Below are positions 23,101 through 30,732 of a stretch of DNA of 64,000 bases, piece by piece. Source of the stretch: an uncultured Bacteroidales bacterium (GTDB lineage Bacteria > Bacteroidota > Bacteroidia > Bacteroidales > F082); assembly GCA_937926515.1 (NCBI GenBank), contig CALAZZ010000227.1, positions 6,464-70,463 of the forward strand. The letters run 5' to 3'. The translations under genes were made by a program, and so were the position numbers. Below the pieces are notes generated by a model. The model saw only the letters and a list, made by a program, of their open reading frames with translations. It had not been told where the DNA came from and did no database searches. Position 1 is the first letter of the stretch; the number at the start of each line of letters is the position of its first letter.

Positions 23101-24524
23101 TCAATATCCTTAAAATCATTTCCCTTAAAGTCAATTTGTTTCAATGATCCTGACAAGTTCATATCAGCGGTTTCAGCAGCCAGGCCTTTGCCCCTCACAT
23201 TGATGTTCATATCGAGCTTACCAACGGTTTCAGACACATTCATCAGCTTGCCAACATCAAACCTGACGCTTTGCAAGTTCCCATTGTAATGAAACAACCC
23301 TGTTGCCTGATTTTGCCGCATTTCCAAATTGCTGTTGATGCGACCCAGGTTCGTAAAAAAATCTGCATTGGTATAAAAATCATTATAAAATCCTGTAAAA
23401 ACACCATTTACCTGTATTTTCCCAAGCTTCAGCACCTCTTCGGGAAGCGGAAGATAGCGCATGTCTCCCGCAAGGGCAAAACGCTCCAGGTCATAGGTTT
23501 CAGTCTCGAATCGTCGAATGTTCAGGTCAGCGAAAGTTTCATAAATATCCGGCAATCCTGTAAGCTGCATATCGCCTGAAAAAACAGTAGATCTACCGAA
23601 ACTAAAACTTAAACCTTTGGCAAACAAATTACTGATAGTCCCACTGAAATCACCTGCAAAACTTATGTTGTTCTTCATATCAAACATGATCGGGGCAAAA
23701 TACCCGATGTCTTCCATTTGAAGGCTGGATGGATGAGCCAAAACCCTCATGTCAACTGAATCGATGAAGCTTAAAAATGCAGCATAGGATGGGTACTCAA
23801 ATGCTATTTCAAGGTTAAGTATTGAGCTGTTGATCACTGATTGGAATTCGGAAAACTCCAAGCCTGTGGATGAAAGATTAACCATCCCGCTCAATGCTTT
23901 CAGCTGCAGACCACTGGCATCGTCTGCACGTAATTTATCAATTCGGCATGTGATGGAATCACCGGCGAGGAAAAAATCCCTGATCTTCAAATCTATATCC
24001 TCAAGATCAATATGAGCAAAATCCATACCCGGTTCACCCGGACTGTCCTTATTTTGGTCCCAATACCTAAATTTGGCGTGCTGCAACTCAAACAACCGCA
24101 ATTGTATGGGATAGGCTTGTGAGGTTTCTTCTGTGTCGTCCTTATCCTTGCCACCACTAAAATAATCTGTGATAAATTGTAGATTCAGATCCTCTTCACC
24201 CTCGTATTTTATCAATTGAAACTCAATGTTATGCATAGCCAGATCGCGGATCGAAAGTCCTTTGCTAAACTCATACGAAAATATTCGCATTTTGATGCTA
24301 CCGGCTGAGAGCAATGTATTACCCTGCTGATCTCCCACATACACATCTTCAAGTTTCAATGAAAGATCCAGGTCAATATAAAAAGCACCTATACGAACTT
24401 CACTGTTGAACTCCTTCGACAGATAGGCCGCAGCCGAGCGTGCAATAAAAGTCTGGATAAAGGGATCGCGCAAAGCCGTATATAGACCGACCGGCATGGC
24501 CAGCAACACGGTAAGCGTGATCAA
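20106..24524 (-). CDS. tamB: Translocation and assembly module protein TamB (DUF490 family)
   Basis: 1472 aa. N-terminal membrane anchor, very long beta-rich repetitive body, and a conserved C-terminal block (LSLLVLGSF...ISNQLSNWLSQIS...DIGLHYKPGD...VALSTQLFNDRVTIDGNFGV). The start is assigned to TTG 24524 but is uncertain (see findings). Confidence 0.8.
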   Translation of the reverse strand: MITLTVLLAMPVGLYTALRDPFIQTFIARSAAAYLSKEFNSEVRIGAFYIDLDLSLKLEDVYVGDQQGNTLLSAGSIKMRIFSYEFSKGLSIRDLAMHNIEFQLIKYEGEEDLNLQFITDYFSGGKDKDDTEETSQAYPIQLRLFELQHAKFRYWDQNKDSPGEPGMDFAHIDLEDIDLKIRDFFLAGDSITCRIDKLRADDASGLQLKALSGMVNLSSTGLEFSEFQSVINSSILNLEIAFEYPSYAAFLSFIDSVDMRVLAHPSSLQMEDIGYFAPIMFDMKNNISFAGDFSGTISNLFAKGLSFSFGRSTVFSGDMQLTGLPDIYETFADLNIRRFETETYDLERFALAGDMRYLPLPEEVLKLGKIQVNGVFTGFYNDFYTNADFFTNLGRINSNLEMRQNQATGLFHYNGNLQSVRFDVGKLMNVSETVGKLDMNINVRGKGLAAETADMNLSGSLKQIDFKGNDFKDIELAGDLTGKAFNGRLSIDDPKLKFEFLGRANFADTVPAFDFGAILTHADLYNLNLLDNDTIMQLSTDINVNFTGSHLDNLVGTISIENTRYTDSRDTYHMDSLLLKTTNHGLYPRRLTIESDFLDLDLGGEIDFGGLHEAFKHFTANYVQFRNFEPESDSVSLQDFFIELQFKDTEALSRLLMPSVTLSPDAHYSGVFTNRDQVLNTTFRAGQLTFGNIKLNNLVLHTQSDLWQANLNFNSNEIIFRDSIPGDPTVLGIESPDFAISLTNDSILFRLQWRDERTIARNKGDIHGYYASREDGFPELHISSADLVVNDSVWRISRGNRIVFAEEYTLLQDFHIRLRNQSIGLQGRIPLGEADSLNVQFHNWDISNFDLLTQGAGLDFDGAVNGDLMLANLKYQPTFVSNLQLTDLHLNRERLGEARILSTWSNLDEALYLNAQIINIGNIAASRMLHFTGFFYPNRTDQNLNFELELDNFRLKTIAPFLEGVLSKVEGLASGGIAINGKTSSPELSGKINLMRTAFLIDYLNVKYSLSHEFDIYPDRINFDRLILFDTLGNKANVSGAITHDYFKNFRFNLQLKPEDFLSLNTDRTMNELFYGAAVVSGDVNISGEISNVGLNIKAITRRGTNITIPLATATTVYDNDFIVFLRDPEAEVVEDEPQAAIQGFDINLETTVTPDANLRIFLPANMGSLESTGNGNINLKVNSAGDFSLQGDYIVRAGEFNFMFENLVRRRFELMQGGRISWTGDPYDADIDIKGLYRLKTSIATLGPGIDSTMRSRINVEAVIHLTEQLFNPTIKFSIRLPNVDTETRQMVFSVLDTTNDAMMTQQMLSLLVLGSFSYTGGETASLGASSINMISNQLSNWLSQISRDFDIGLHYKPGDRLSNEELEVALSTQLFNDRVTIDGNFGVIGNRHSTQNASNIVGDVDISVLLTQDGRLRLKAFNHSNTSMWFSSRAYDNFVPYTQGLGISYRQEFDSFGDLLRRRKKKPSNP

Positions 24525-24550
24525 AATAATATCCCTGACCTTTTTTTTGA

Positions 24551-24558
24551 TAATTTTG
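24551..24558 (+). promoter_or_regulatory. Candidate Bacteroidota -7 promoter element (TAATTTTG) for tsaD
   Basis: Matches the TAnnTTTG consensus of Bacteroidota primary-sigma promoters, 20 nt upstream of the tsaD ATG in the 53-nt divergent tamB/tsaD spacer. Confidence 0.4.
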
Positions 24559-24577
24559 TCCCTTTCGAAATTAAGCT

Positions 24578-25597
24578 ATGCGTAACTTTATCCTTGGCAT
24601 TGAGTCCTCCTGCGATGATACTTCGGCAGCAGTACTAGAGAACACCAAAGTGTTGTCAAATATTATTGCGAACCAAAGTGTGCATCAACGATTTGGAGGT
24701 GTTGTCCCCGAACTGGCTTCGCGCGCGCACCAGCAAAATATCATCCCTGTGGTTGACACCGCCCTCAATGAAGCAAAAATAAGCAAAAATCAGCTTAGTG
24801 CCATTGCATTCACAAGAGGCCCAGGCCTACTGGGGTCCTTGCTTGTCGGCACTTCATTTGCCAAGGGATTAGCGCTGTCGCTGGGAATTCCACTTATTGA
24901 GGTGGATCATATGCACGCACATATCCTGGCACATTTTCTCACCGATGATGAGCAAAGACCAGTGCCGGAATTTCCTTTTCTGTGTCTGACCGTTTCGGGT
25001 GGTCACACACAAATCGTGCTGGTAAAGGCACATAACCAAATGGAAATCATTGGAAAAACCATTGATGATGCTGCTGGCGAAGCTTTTGACAAAGCAGCCA
25101 AGATTATGGGACTGCCCTACCCCGGTGGCCCACTGATCGACAAGCTGGCACAGGAAGGCAACCCTAAAGCATTTCAGTTTCCCGAACCACGCATTCCAGA
25201 TCTGGATTACAGCTTTAGCGGACTCAAGACAAGTATCCTTTATTTTCTGCGCGACAGGCTAAAAGAAAGCCCTGATTTTATTGAACAGCATAAAGCTGAC
25301 CTATGTGCGAGCATCCAACATACCATCATCAGCATCTTGATGAAGAAGCTGGTGCTGGCAGCAAAAAAAACAGGCATCATGCATATTGCCATTGCAGGTG
25401 GTGTTTCAGCCAACTCCGGCCTGAGGAAGGCCATGGTTGAGGCTTCAAAAAGCCTGGATTGGCAGGTGTACCTGCCCAAACTGAGTTACAGCACCGACAA
25501 TGCAGCAATGATCGCAATAGCCGGTTATTTTAAATTCCTTGACGGGGATTTTGCCTCACAAAAGCTGGCACCTTATGCAAGGCAGAGTGGAAGGTGA
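24578..25597 (+). CDS. tsaD: tRNA N6-adenosine threonylcarbamoyltransferase TsaD (Kae1/Gcp family)
   Basis: 339 aa. ILGIESSCDDTSAAV..., HMHAHI (metal-binding His pair), LTVSGGHTQIV, IAGGVSANSGLR. Confidence 0.95.
   Translation: MRNFILGIESSCDDTSAAVLENTKVLSNIIANQSVHQRFGGVVPELASRAHQQNIIPVVDTALNEAKISKNQLSAIAFTRGPGLLGSLLVGTSFAKGLALSLGIPLIEVDHMHAHILAHFLTDDEQRPVPEFPFLCLTVSGGHTQIVLVKAHNQMEIIGKTIDDAAGEAFDKAAKIMGLPYPGGPLIDKLAQEGNPKAFQFPEPRIPDLDYSFSGLKTSILYFLRDRLKESPDFIEQHKADLCASIQHTIISILMKKLVLAAKKTGIMHIAIAGGVSANSGLRKAMVEASKSLDWQVYLPKLSYSTDNAAMIAIAGYFKFLDGDFASQKLAPYARQSGR
25545..25597 (+). repeat. Direct repeat copy 1 (the live 3' end of tsaD)
   Basis: gggattttgcctcacaaaagctggcaccttatgcaaggcagagtggaaggtga recurs 248 nt downstream. 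About 45 of 55 hand-aligned columns are identical. Confidence 0.8.
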
Positions 25598-25640
25598 TGG
25601 TTAAGGTAGACTATATTAAACCATACCTTGATATTTCGAC

Positions 25641-25703
25641 ATATCGCACAAATTAACGATAAATCCAAATATCGCTTAAATAAACGATAATTTATGTTAT
25701 CGT
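25641..25703. repeat. Cluster of TATCG/CGATA inverted half-sites (two 22-nt tandem units plus a third palindrome)
   Basis: atatcgcacaaattaacgataa (25641-25662) and atatcgcttaaataaacgataa (25669-25690) are each TATCG-N10-CGATA. They are followed by CGATA-N8-TATCG (25685-25702). The cluster lies in a convergent intergenic region. Confidence 0.6.
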
Positions 25704-25792
25704 GGGGATAGGGGATATATTTCCGAATAGCTTGTTGATGCTGTGATATTTATTTTAATCAGGTAAACTCATCAAACTAATTTAGGCAGGAA

Positions 25793-25848
25793 GGGATTTT
25801 GCTTCACTATGGCTGGTGCCTTATGCAATGCAGAGTGGGAAGCTGTAA
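25793..25848 (+). repeat. Direct repeat copy 2 (relic alternative 3' end of tsaD)
   Basis: gggattttgcttcactatggctggtgccttatgcaatgcagagtgggaagctgtaa. In the equivalent register it reads RDFASLWLVPYAMQSGKL-stop, versus the live tail GDFASQKLAPYARQSGR-stop. An in-frame TAG lies 3 codons upstream, so it is not part of a live gene. Confidence 0.75.
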
Positions 25849-25856
25849 ATAATTGC

Positions 25857-26186
25857 CTAAACAATGCGACCAAGCGATACCCTCACCGCCTTTTCCAGCA
25901 CCTCAATAGCCGCATTGGCAGCCTTTTGCGCTATGGCTTTCGACACCACTCTGAGGGCATTAATTTGTGCTTCAAGGTGCATTTTTTCAACTGTGTTGAG
26001 ACGATCTTCAAACTTAGTCCGGTTGATCTGGCCAATGGCGTGGCCATCAATCAAGGTTTTCAGTCTTAGTTTTCGGCGCTCAAGAAATTGCTCCATTACC
26101 GCACGAACTTTGTGCCAGTCCTTACCTAGCTCGCCTTGCATGGCGGCAAGCATGTCTTTTAGGGTTTGATCCAGGTTGAATTTCAT
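25857..26186 (-). CDS. Hypothetical protein (109 aa, predicted all-helical)
   Basis: ORF with ATG start, 22 nt downstream of the preceding minus-strand ORF. No family recognised by eye. Confidence 0.55.
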   Translation of the reverse strand: MKFNLDQTLKDMLAAMQGELGKDWHKVRAVMEQFLERRKLRLKTLIDGHAIGQINRTKFEDRLNTVEKMHLEAQINALRVVSKAIAQKAANAAIEVLEKAVRVSLGRIV

Positions 26187-26208
26187 GGTTGATGGTTTTT
26201 GGTTGTAG

Positions 26209-26697
26209 CTATTCGGCTGGTTTACTTATCATTTGCTTGGCTTGCTCAGCCACTTGCATGGCATAAAACAAATCGTTGAAATCCATGCGGTTGAGTGTGA
26301 TCAGGGCGTCATTCAAGGTATTGTCCTGTTTGTGCTCCTGCTTATGTTTGGTCCATAGTTCCAGGGTGATCTCGGTAATACGGGTAATGTTCTCGTTCAA
26401 TGGTTTGATGCGATTCTGCATGAGCAAGGAGTTCAGGCCGGATTCAATGTCCACATATTTTTCAATATAATGATCATAACTGCGCTCGTGTTCCGGTATT
26501 TCCAGCATCAACAGGTAAAACTGATCCACCTTACGTGCCAGCTCAACAATTTGACTGCTTATGCGGGCATCATAGTCGGGCAGCAATTGTACACGGCATC
26601 CCGCAAAGAGCAGTGTAATCAACAGGGCAAAACCTGCGGGCAACAAAAAGGTCCTTTGTGCTGCCCCGGTTATGTAATGTTTTGGGTTTAGACTCAT
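26209..26697 (-). CDS. Hypothetical lipoprotein
   Basis: The internal ATG at 26697 gives MSLNPKHYITGAAQRTFLLPAGFALLITLLFAGC..., a signal peptide plus lipobox Cys. The ORF could also start at 26733. The remainder is helical with no recognised family. Confidence 0.55.
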   Translation of the reverse strand: MSLNPKHYITGAAQRTFLLPAGFALLITLLFAGCRVQLLPDYDARISSQIVELARKVDQFYLLMLEIPEHERSYDHYIEKYVDIESGLNSLLMQNRIKPLNENITRITEITLELWTKHKQEHKQDNTLNDALITLNRMDFNDLFYAMQVAEQAKQMISKPAE

Positions 26698-26827
26698 TGG
26701 CGTTGTTTTAAATTGTAAAAATAGTAAAACCATTGTATTAAGCCAGCGATCATTCTGGTTTGTTGCATCTTAAGCCTTCTAATAGATATCTTTCGAAGGC
26801 GGAACTTAATGGCTCAAAAAAAAAACC

Positions 26828-26835
26828 TATTTTTG
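26828..26835 (+). promoter_or_regulatory. Candidate -7 promoter element (TATTTTTG) for the hmgA operon
   Basis: TAnnTTTG match 32 nt upstream of the hmgA ATG. Confidence 0.35.
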
Positions 26836-26866
26836 TTACCCTTATTCAATCCAATTATAAATAACA

Positions 26867-28024
26867 ATGCCACACTATCAAATAAGAGGACAGGTACCAC
26901 GAAAAAGGCATACCATTTTCCGCAAGCCGGATGGCAGCCTCTACACCGAAGAGCTCGTTTCGACCGAAGGCTTTTCGGATGTGTATTCACTTATTTATCA
27001 TGCTTTTCCTCCTACTATGGTTAAAGCTGTGGAGGAAGGCATTGATGTTTCCCCCGAAATCGCATTACCTAAAAACATGCAGCATCGCAGTTTTAGGGGT
27101 TTCGACATCAAGCCTGCTGATGACTATCTCGAAAGCCGCAAAATGGTACTGGTAAACAATGATGTGTATATCAGCCTTGCTGCGCCGCGGCGATCAATGG
27201 TTGATTATTTCTACAAGAATTCGCAGGCTGATGAAATGATCTTCGTTCACAAAGGTGAGGGACGATTGAAAACCATTTACGGCAGCCTGGATTTTGCCTA
27301 TGGCGACCACCTGATCATCCCTCGCGGAACGATTTACCAGATGGAGTTTAAGGGTGAGCACAACAGGTTGTTTATAGTTGAGTCCATGCACCCGCTGCGT
27401 TTTCCAAAACGTTATGTCAATAAAAACGGCCAATTGCTCGAACATGCTCCATTTTACGAACGCGACATCCGAACACCCAAAGATTTGGAAACTCATGATG
27501 AGCGTGGGGAGTTTATGGTAAAAATCAAACGCAGCGATATGCTGTTCCCATACATCATGGCCTCACACCCTTTTGATGCCGTTGGATGGGATGGATACCA
27601 TTTTCCGTTTGCCTTGTCGATTCATGATTTTGAGCCCATCACAGGCCGCATCCACCAGCCGCCTCCGGTGCATCAGACCTTTGAAACGCCTGCTTTTGTG
27701 ACCTGTGCCTTTGTACCACGGATGTATGATTATCATCCGCAAAGCATTCCTGCACCTTATAATCACAGCAATGTTGATTCGGATGAGGTTTTGTATTATG
27801 TGGATGGTGATTTCATGAGCCGCAATCATATTGAAAAGGGCATGATCACGCTACACCCGATCGGCATTCCACATGGGCCACACCCCGGTGCCACAGAGCG
27901 AAGTATAGGAAAAACAAAAACCGATGAACTGGCAGTCATGGTGGATACATTCAGACCACTGATGTTAACAAGGGAGGCTTTGTCCATCGAAGATCCTGAT
28001 TACCACAAGAGTTGGTTGTTTTAA
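26867..28024 (+). CDS. hmgA: Homogentisate 1,2-dioxygenase
   Basis: 385 aa. The N-terminus MPHYQIRGQVPRKRHTIFRKPDGSLYTEELVSTEGFS... and the cupin core with HPIGIPHGPHPG are typical of the short bacterial HGD form. It is clustered with hppD and fahA. Confidence 0.85.
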   Translation: MPHYQIRGQVPRKRHTIFRKPDGSLYTEELVSTEGFSDVYSLIYHAFPPTMVKAVEEGIDVSPEIALPKNMQHRSFRGFDIKPADDYLESRKMVLVNNDVYISLAAPRRSMVDYFYKNSQADEMIFVHKGEGRLKTIYGSLDFAYGDHLIIPRGTIYQMEFKGEHNRLFIVESMHPLRFPKRYVNKNGQLLEHAPFYERDIRTPKDLETHDERGEFMVKIKRSDMLFPYIMASHPFDAVGWDGYHFPFALSIHDFEPITGRIHQPPPVHQTFETPAFVTCAFVPRMYDYHPQSIPAPYNHSNVDSDEVLYYVDGDFMSRNHIEKGMITLHPIGIPHGPHPGATERSIGKTKTDELAVMVDTFRPLMLTREALSIEDPDYHKSWLF

Positions 28025-28149
28025 CTAAATTAGGATAGAGGAAGCTAGAGATCGGGTATGGCTGCATTGAGAATAAACCTTTAACTGAACAAGGAGATGC
28101 CCTGTGCTTTAGATCATCAATTAAAAACTTAAAATGTAAATTCTTAACA

Positions 28150-29247
28150 ATGGAAAACAGAGATTTTCTTCCGATAAATGGAACTGATTATGTAGAATTT
28201 TATGTTGGAAATGCAAAGCAAGCTGCACACTATTACCAGTCTGCCTGGGGGTTCCAGCCTCTTGCTTATGCAGGCCTTGAAACTGGAATAAAAGACAGGG
28301 CATCCTATGTGCTGCGTCAGGGAAAAATTACTTTTGTGCTCACCACGTCCCTGGTACCGGATTCGCCACTGGCTGAGCACCATAAGCTCCATGGCGACGG
28401 CATCAAAGTTATCGCCTTGTGGGTGGATGATGCCCGCCTTTCCTGGCAAGAAACCACCTCGCGGGGAGCACGCTCCTATATGGAGCCTAATACCATCGTG
28501 GATGAAAATGGTGAGGTTGTAATGAGTGGGATTCATACCTATGGTGATACCGTACATCTTTTCATTGAACGAAAAAACTACTTTGGCCCGTTTATGCCGG
28601 GATACCGCAAGTGGGAACCCGAATATCGGCCGGAAGATGTGGGGCTGAAATACATTGACCATATTGTTGGAAACGTAGGATGGGGCGAAATGAACAAATG
28701 GGTTAACTTCTATGGCTCTGTTATGGGGTTCGAACAGCTTATCTCATTTGATGACAAGGACATATCAACCGATTACACTGCCCTGATGAGCAAGGTCATG
28801 GCCAATGATAATATGCGCATCAAATTCCCGATCAATGAGCCTGCCGAAGGCAAGAAAAAATCTCAAATTGAAGAATATATCGATTTTTACCGTGGTTCCG
28901 GAGCCCAGCATGTTGCCATGGCAACCGATAATATTGCTGAAACCATCTCAAAACTGAGAAGCCGCGGTGTTGAGTTTTTACGCGTGCCTGACACTTACTA
29001 TGATACGGTTATGGACAGGGTACACCATATTGATGAAGACCTGGAGGTGATGAAAAAACTTAACATACTTATCGACAGGGACGAAGAAGGATACCTGCTC
29101 CAGTTGTTTACAAAACCTGTTGAAGACAGGCCCACCGTATTTTTTGAGATTATTCAGCGTAAGGGAGCCAGGTCCTTCGGAAAAGGAAACTTTAAGGCCC
29201 TGTTTGAAGCCATTGAACTGGAACAGGAAAGCAGGGGAACTTTATAG
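28150..29247 (+). CDS. hppD: 4-hydroxyphenylpyruvate dioxygenase
   Basis: 365 aa. Two VOC/glyoxalase-fold halves (DYVEFYVGNAKQAAHYY...; IDHIVGNVGWGEMNKWVNFY...) and a conserved C-terminus (GAQHVAMATDNI..., LLQLFTKPVEDRPTVFFEIIQRKGARSFGKGNFKALFEAIELEQ). Confidence 0.93.
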   Translation: MENRDFLPINGTDYVEFYVGNAKQAAHYYQSAWGFQPLAYAGLETGIKDRASYVLRQGKITFVLTTSLVPDSPLAEHHKLHGDGIKVIALWVDDARLSWQETTSRGARSYMEPNTIVDENGEVVMSGIHTYGDTVHLFIERKNYFGPFMPGYRKWEPEYRPEDVGLKYIDHIVGNVGWGEMNKWVNFYGSVMGFEQLISFDDKDISTDYTALMSKVMANDNMRIKFPINEPAEGKKKSQIEEYIDFYRGSGAQHVAMATDNIAETISKLRSRGVEFLRVPDTYYDTVMDRVHHIDEDLEVMKKLNILIDRDEEGYLLQLFTKPVEDRPTVFFEIIQRKGARSFGKGNFKALFEAIELEQESRGTL

Positions 29248-29378
29248 TCTCATGGCTGTAGATCTACCAATCTGTAAATCTATCTTCAACATTAAGTACC
29301 ACAGACAAGGTGAATAAAGCTTCGCTGACTGATATCACAGTATCCAAATAACACAATAAACAGCTCAAGAGTGTAACC

Positions 29379-30656
29379 ATGATGAAATTAAAAGCCAACG
29401 ACCCAAAATTGAAATCGTGGATTGAAGTGCCGACTGACAGTGATTTCCCTATCCAGAATATTCCATTCGGAATCATTTCCTATGCCGATTATGTGCATCC
29501 GGCTACCCGAATTGGCGATCATGCTGTTGATCTTTCTGTGCTAGCTGATTTTGGTTTTTTTGACAAGCTCAATATCGATGACCTCAGCGTATTTTATGAA
29601 CCTGTTTTGAATGGTTTAATCGGCTTGGGTAAAGAAGTGCGTGTTGCTTTGAGGGAACGTTTATCTGAGTTATTTTGCGATCAATGTAATGAGCTAAAAG
29701 ATAATTCGGAAGCTTGCGAACTTGCCATCAAACCCATAACAGAAATTGAAATGCGCATGCCGGTTTCGGTGGGTGATTACACCGACTTCTATTCGAGCAT
29801 CGAACACGCCACCAATGTGGGTAAAATGTTCCGTGATCCTGAAAATGCATTACTGCCAAACTGGCGACATTTGCCGGTTGGCTACCATGGACGCAGTTCG
29901 TCAATCGTGGTTTCAGGCACCAATATACACAGGCCCAAGGGTCAAACAAGGCCAGACGATAATAAGCCTCCGGTATTTGGTCCCTGCCGTCTTTTTGATT
30001 TTGAGCTGGAAATGGCATTCATTACCTCCGGACAAACCGGCCTGGGTGATTCAATCTCAGTGGAGAAAGCTGAAGACCATATTTTTGGATTAGTGCTCTT
30101 CAATGATCTTTCTGCCAGGGATATACAAAAATGGGAATATGTGCCCCTAGGGCCATTTCTTTCCAAAAGTTTTGGGTCGGTGATATCACCATGGGTCGTT
30201 ACGCTGGAAGCCTTCGAGCCTTTCAGGGTTGAAGGGCCAAGGCAGGAGCCTGAAGTACTCCCCTATCTCCATACAAGTGGCAAACGAAATGTTGATATCC
30301 ACCTGGAGGTCTATATTAAACCCCAAAAAACTGATCCAAGCCTGGTGTGCCGTTCCAACTTTAAGTATATGTACTGGAATATGGCGCAACAACTTGCTCA
30401 TCAAACGGTAAATGGTTGCAACATCAACCCCGGTGATATGTATGCATCGGGAACCATCAGCGGACCAACGCCTGAATCATACGGATCCATGCTTGAACTC
30501 AGTTGGCGGGGGTCCAAACCAATTACGCTTTCCGATGGAAGCCAGCGCAGTTTTATTCACGATCACGACACCATCATTATGAAGGGTTATGCCCATAATA
30601 AGCATGTCCGGGTTGGATTTGGTGAATGTATAACCAAAGTTCTTCCTGCAAAATAA
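29379..30656 (+). CDS. fahA: Fumarylacetoacetase
   Basis: 425 aa. N-terminal FAH domain (SWIEVPTDSDFPIQNIPFGI) and catalytic domain motifs (DYTDFYSSIEHATNVG, GYHGRSSSIVVSGT, FDFELEMAF, FNDLSARDIQKWEYVPLGPF). Confidence 0.92.
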   Translation: MMKLKANDPKLKSWIEVPTDSDFPIQNIPFGIISYADYVHPATRIGDHAVDLSVLADFGFFDKLNIDDLSVFYEPVLNGLIGLGKEVRVALRERLSELFCDQCNELKDNSEACELAIKPITEIEMRMPVSVGDYTDFYSSIEHATNVGKMFRDPENALLPNWRHLPVGYHGRSSSIVVSGTNIHRPKGQTRPDDNKPPVFGPCRLFDFELEMAFITSGQTGLGDSISVEKAEDHIFGLVLFNDLSARDIQKWEYVPLGPFLSKSFGSVISPWVVTLEAFEPFRVEGPRQEPEVLPYLHTSGKRNVDIHLEVYIKPQKTDPSLVCRSNFKYMYWNMAQQLAHQTVNGCNINPGDMYASGTISGPTPESYGSMLELSWRGSKPITLSDGSQRSFIHDHDTIIMKGYAHNKHVRVGFGECITKVLPAK

Positions 30657-30732
30657 CCAGGCAATTACAAGCAATACATTGACTGATCTGTCCGGCCGGT
30701 TAAATGAATCGCAAATACTTAGTTTCCCAATT

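Noticed and set aside
20686-24015. Plus-strand ORFs of 60-107 aa antisense to tamB (e.g. 22966-23289, 23271-23579).
   Set aside because: These are shadow ORFs inside a 4.4-kb gene. They are Ser/Leu/Ile-rich low-complexity translations with no promoter or terminator features.
24541-24548. The T8/A8 homopolymer in the tamB/tsaD spacer as a phase-variation switch.
   Set aside because: An 8-nt A/T run is short for slipped-strand switching and common in AT-rich spacers. Shifting the frame does not bring any canonical start codon into register. It is kept only as a possible sequencing-error site in the tamB start finding.
28144-28662. 172-aa minus-strand ORF overlapping the 5' third of hppD.
   Set aside because: The plus-strand frame encodes an unmistakable 4-hydroxyphenylpyruvate dioxygenase. 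The antisense product has no recognisable features.
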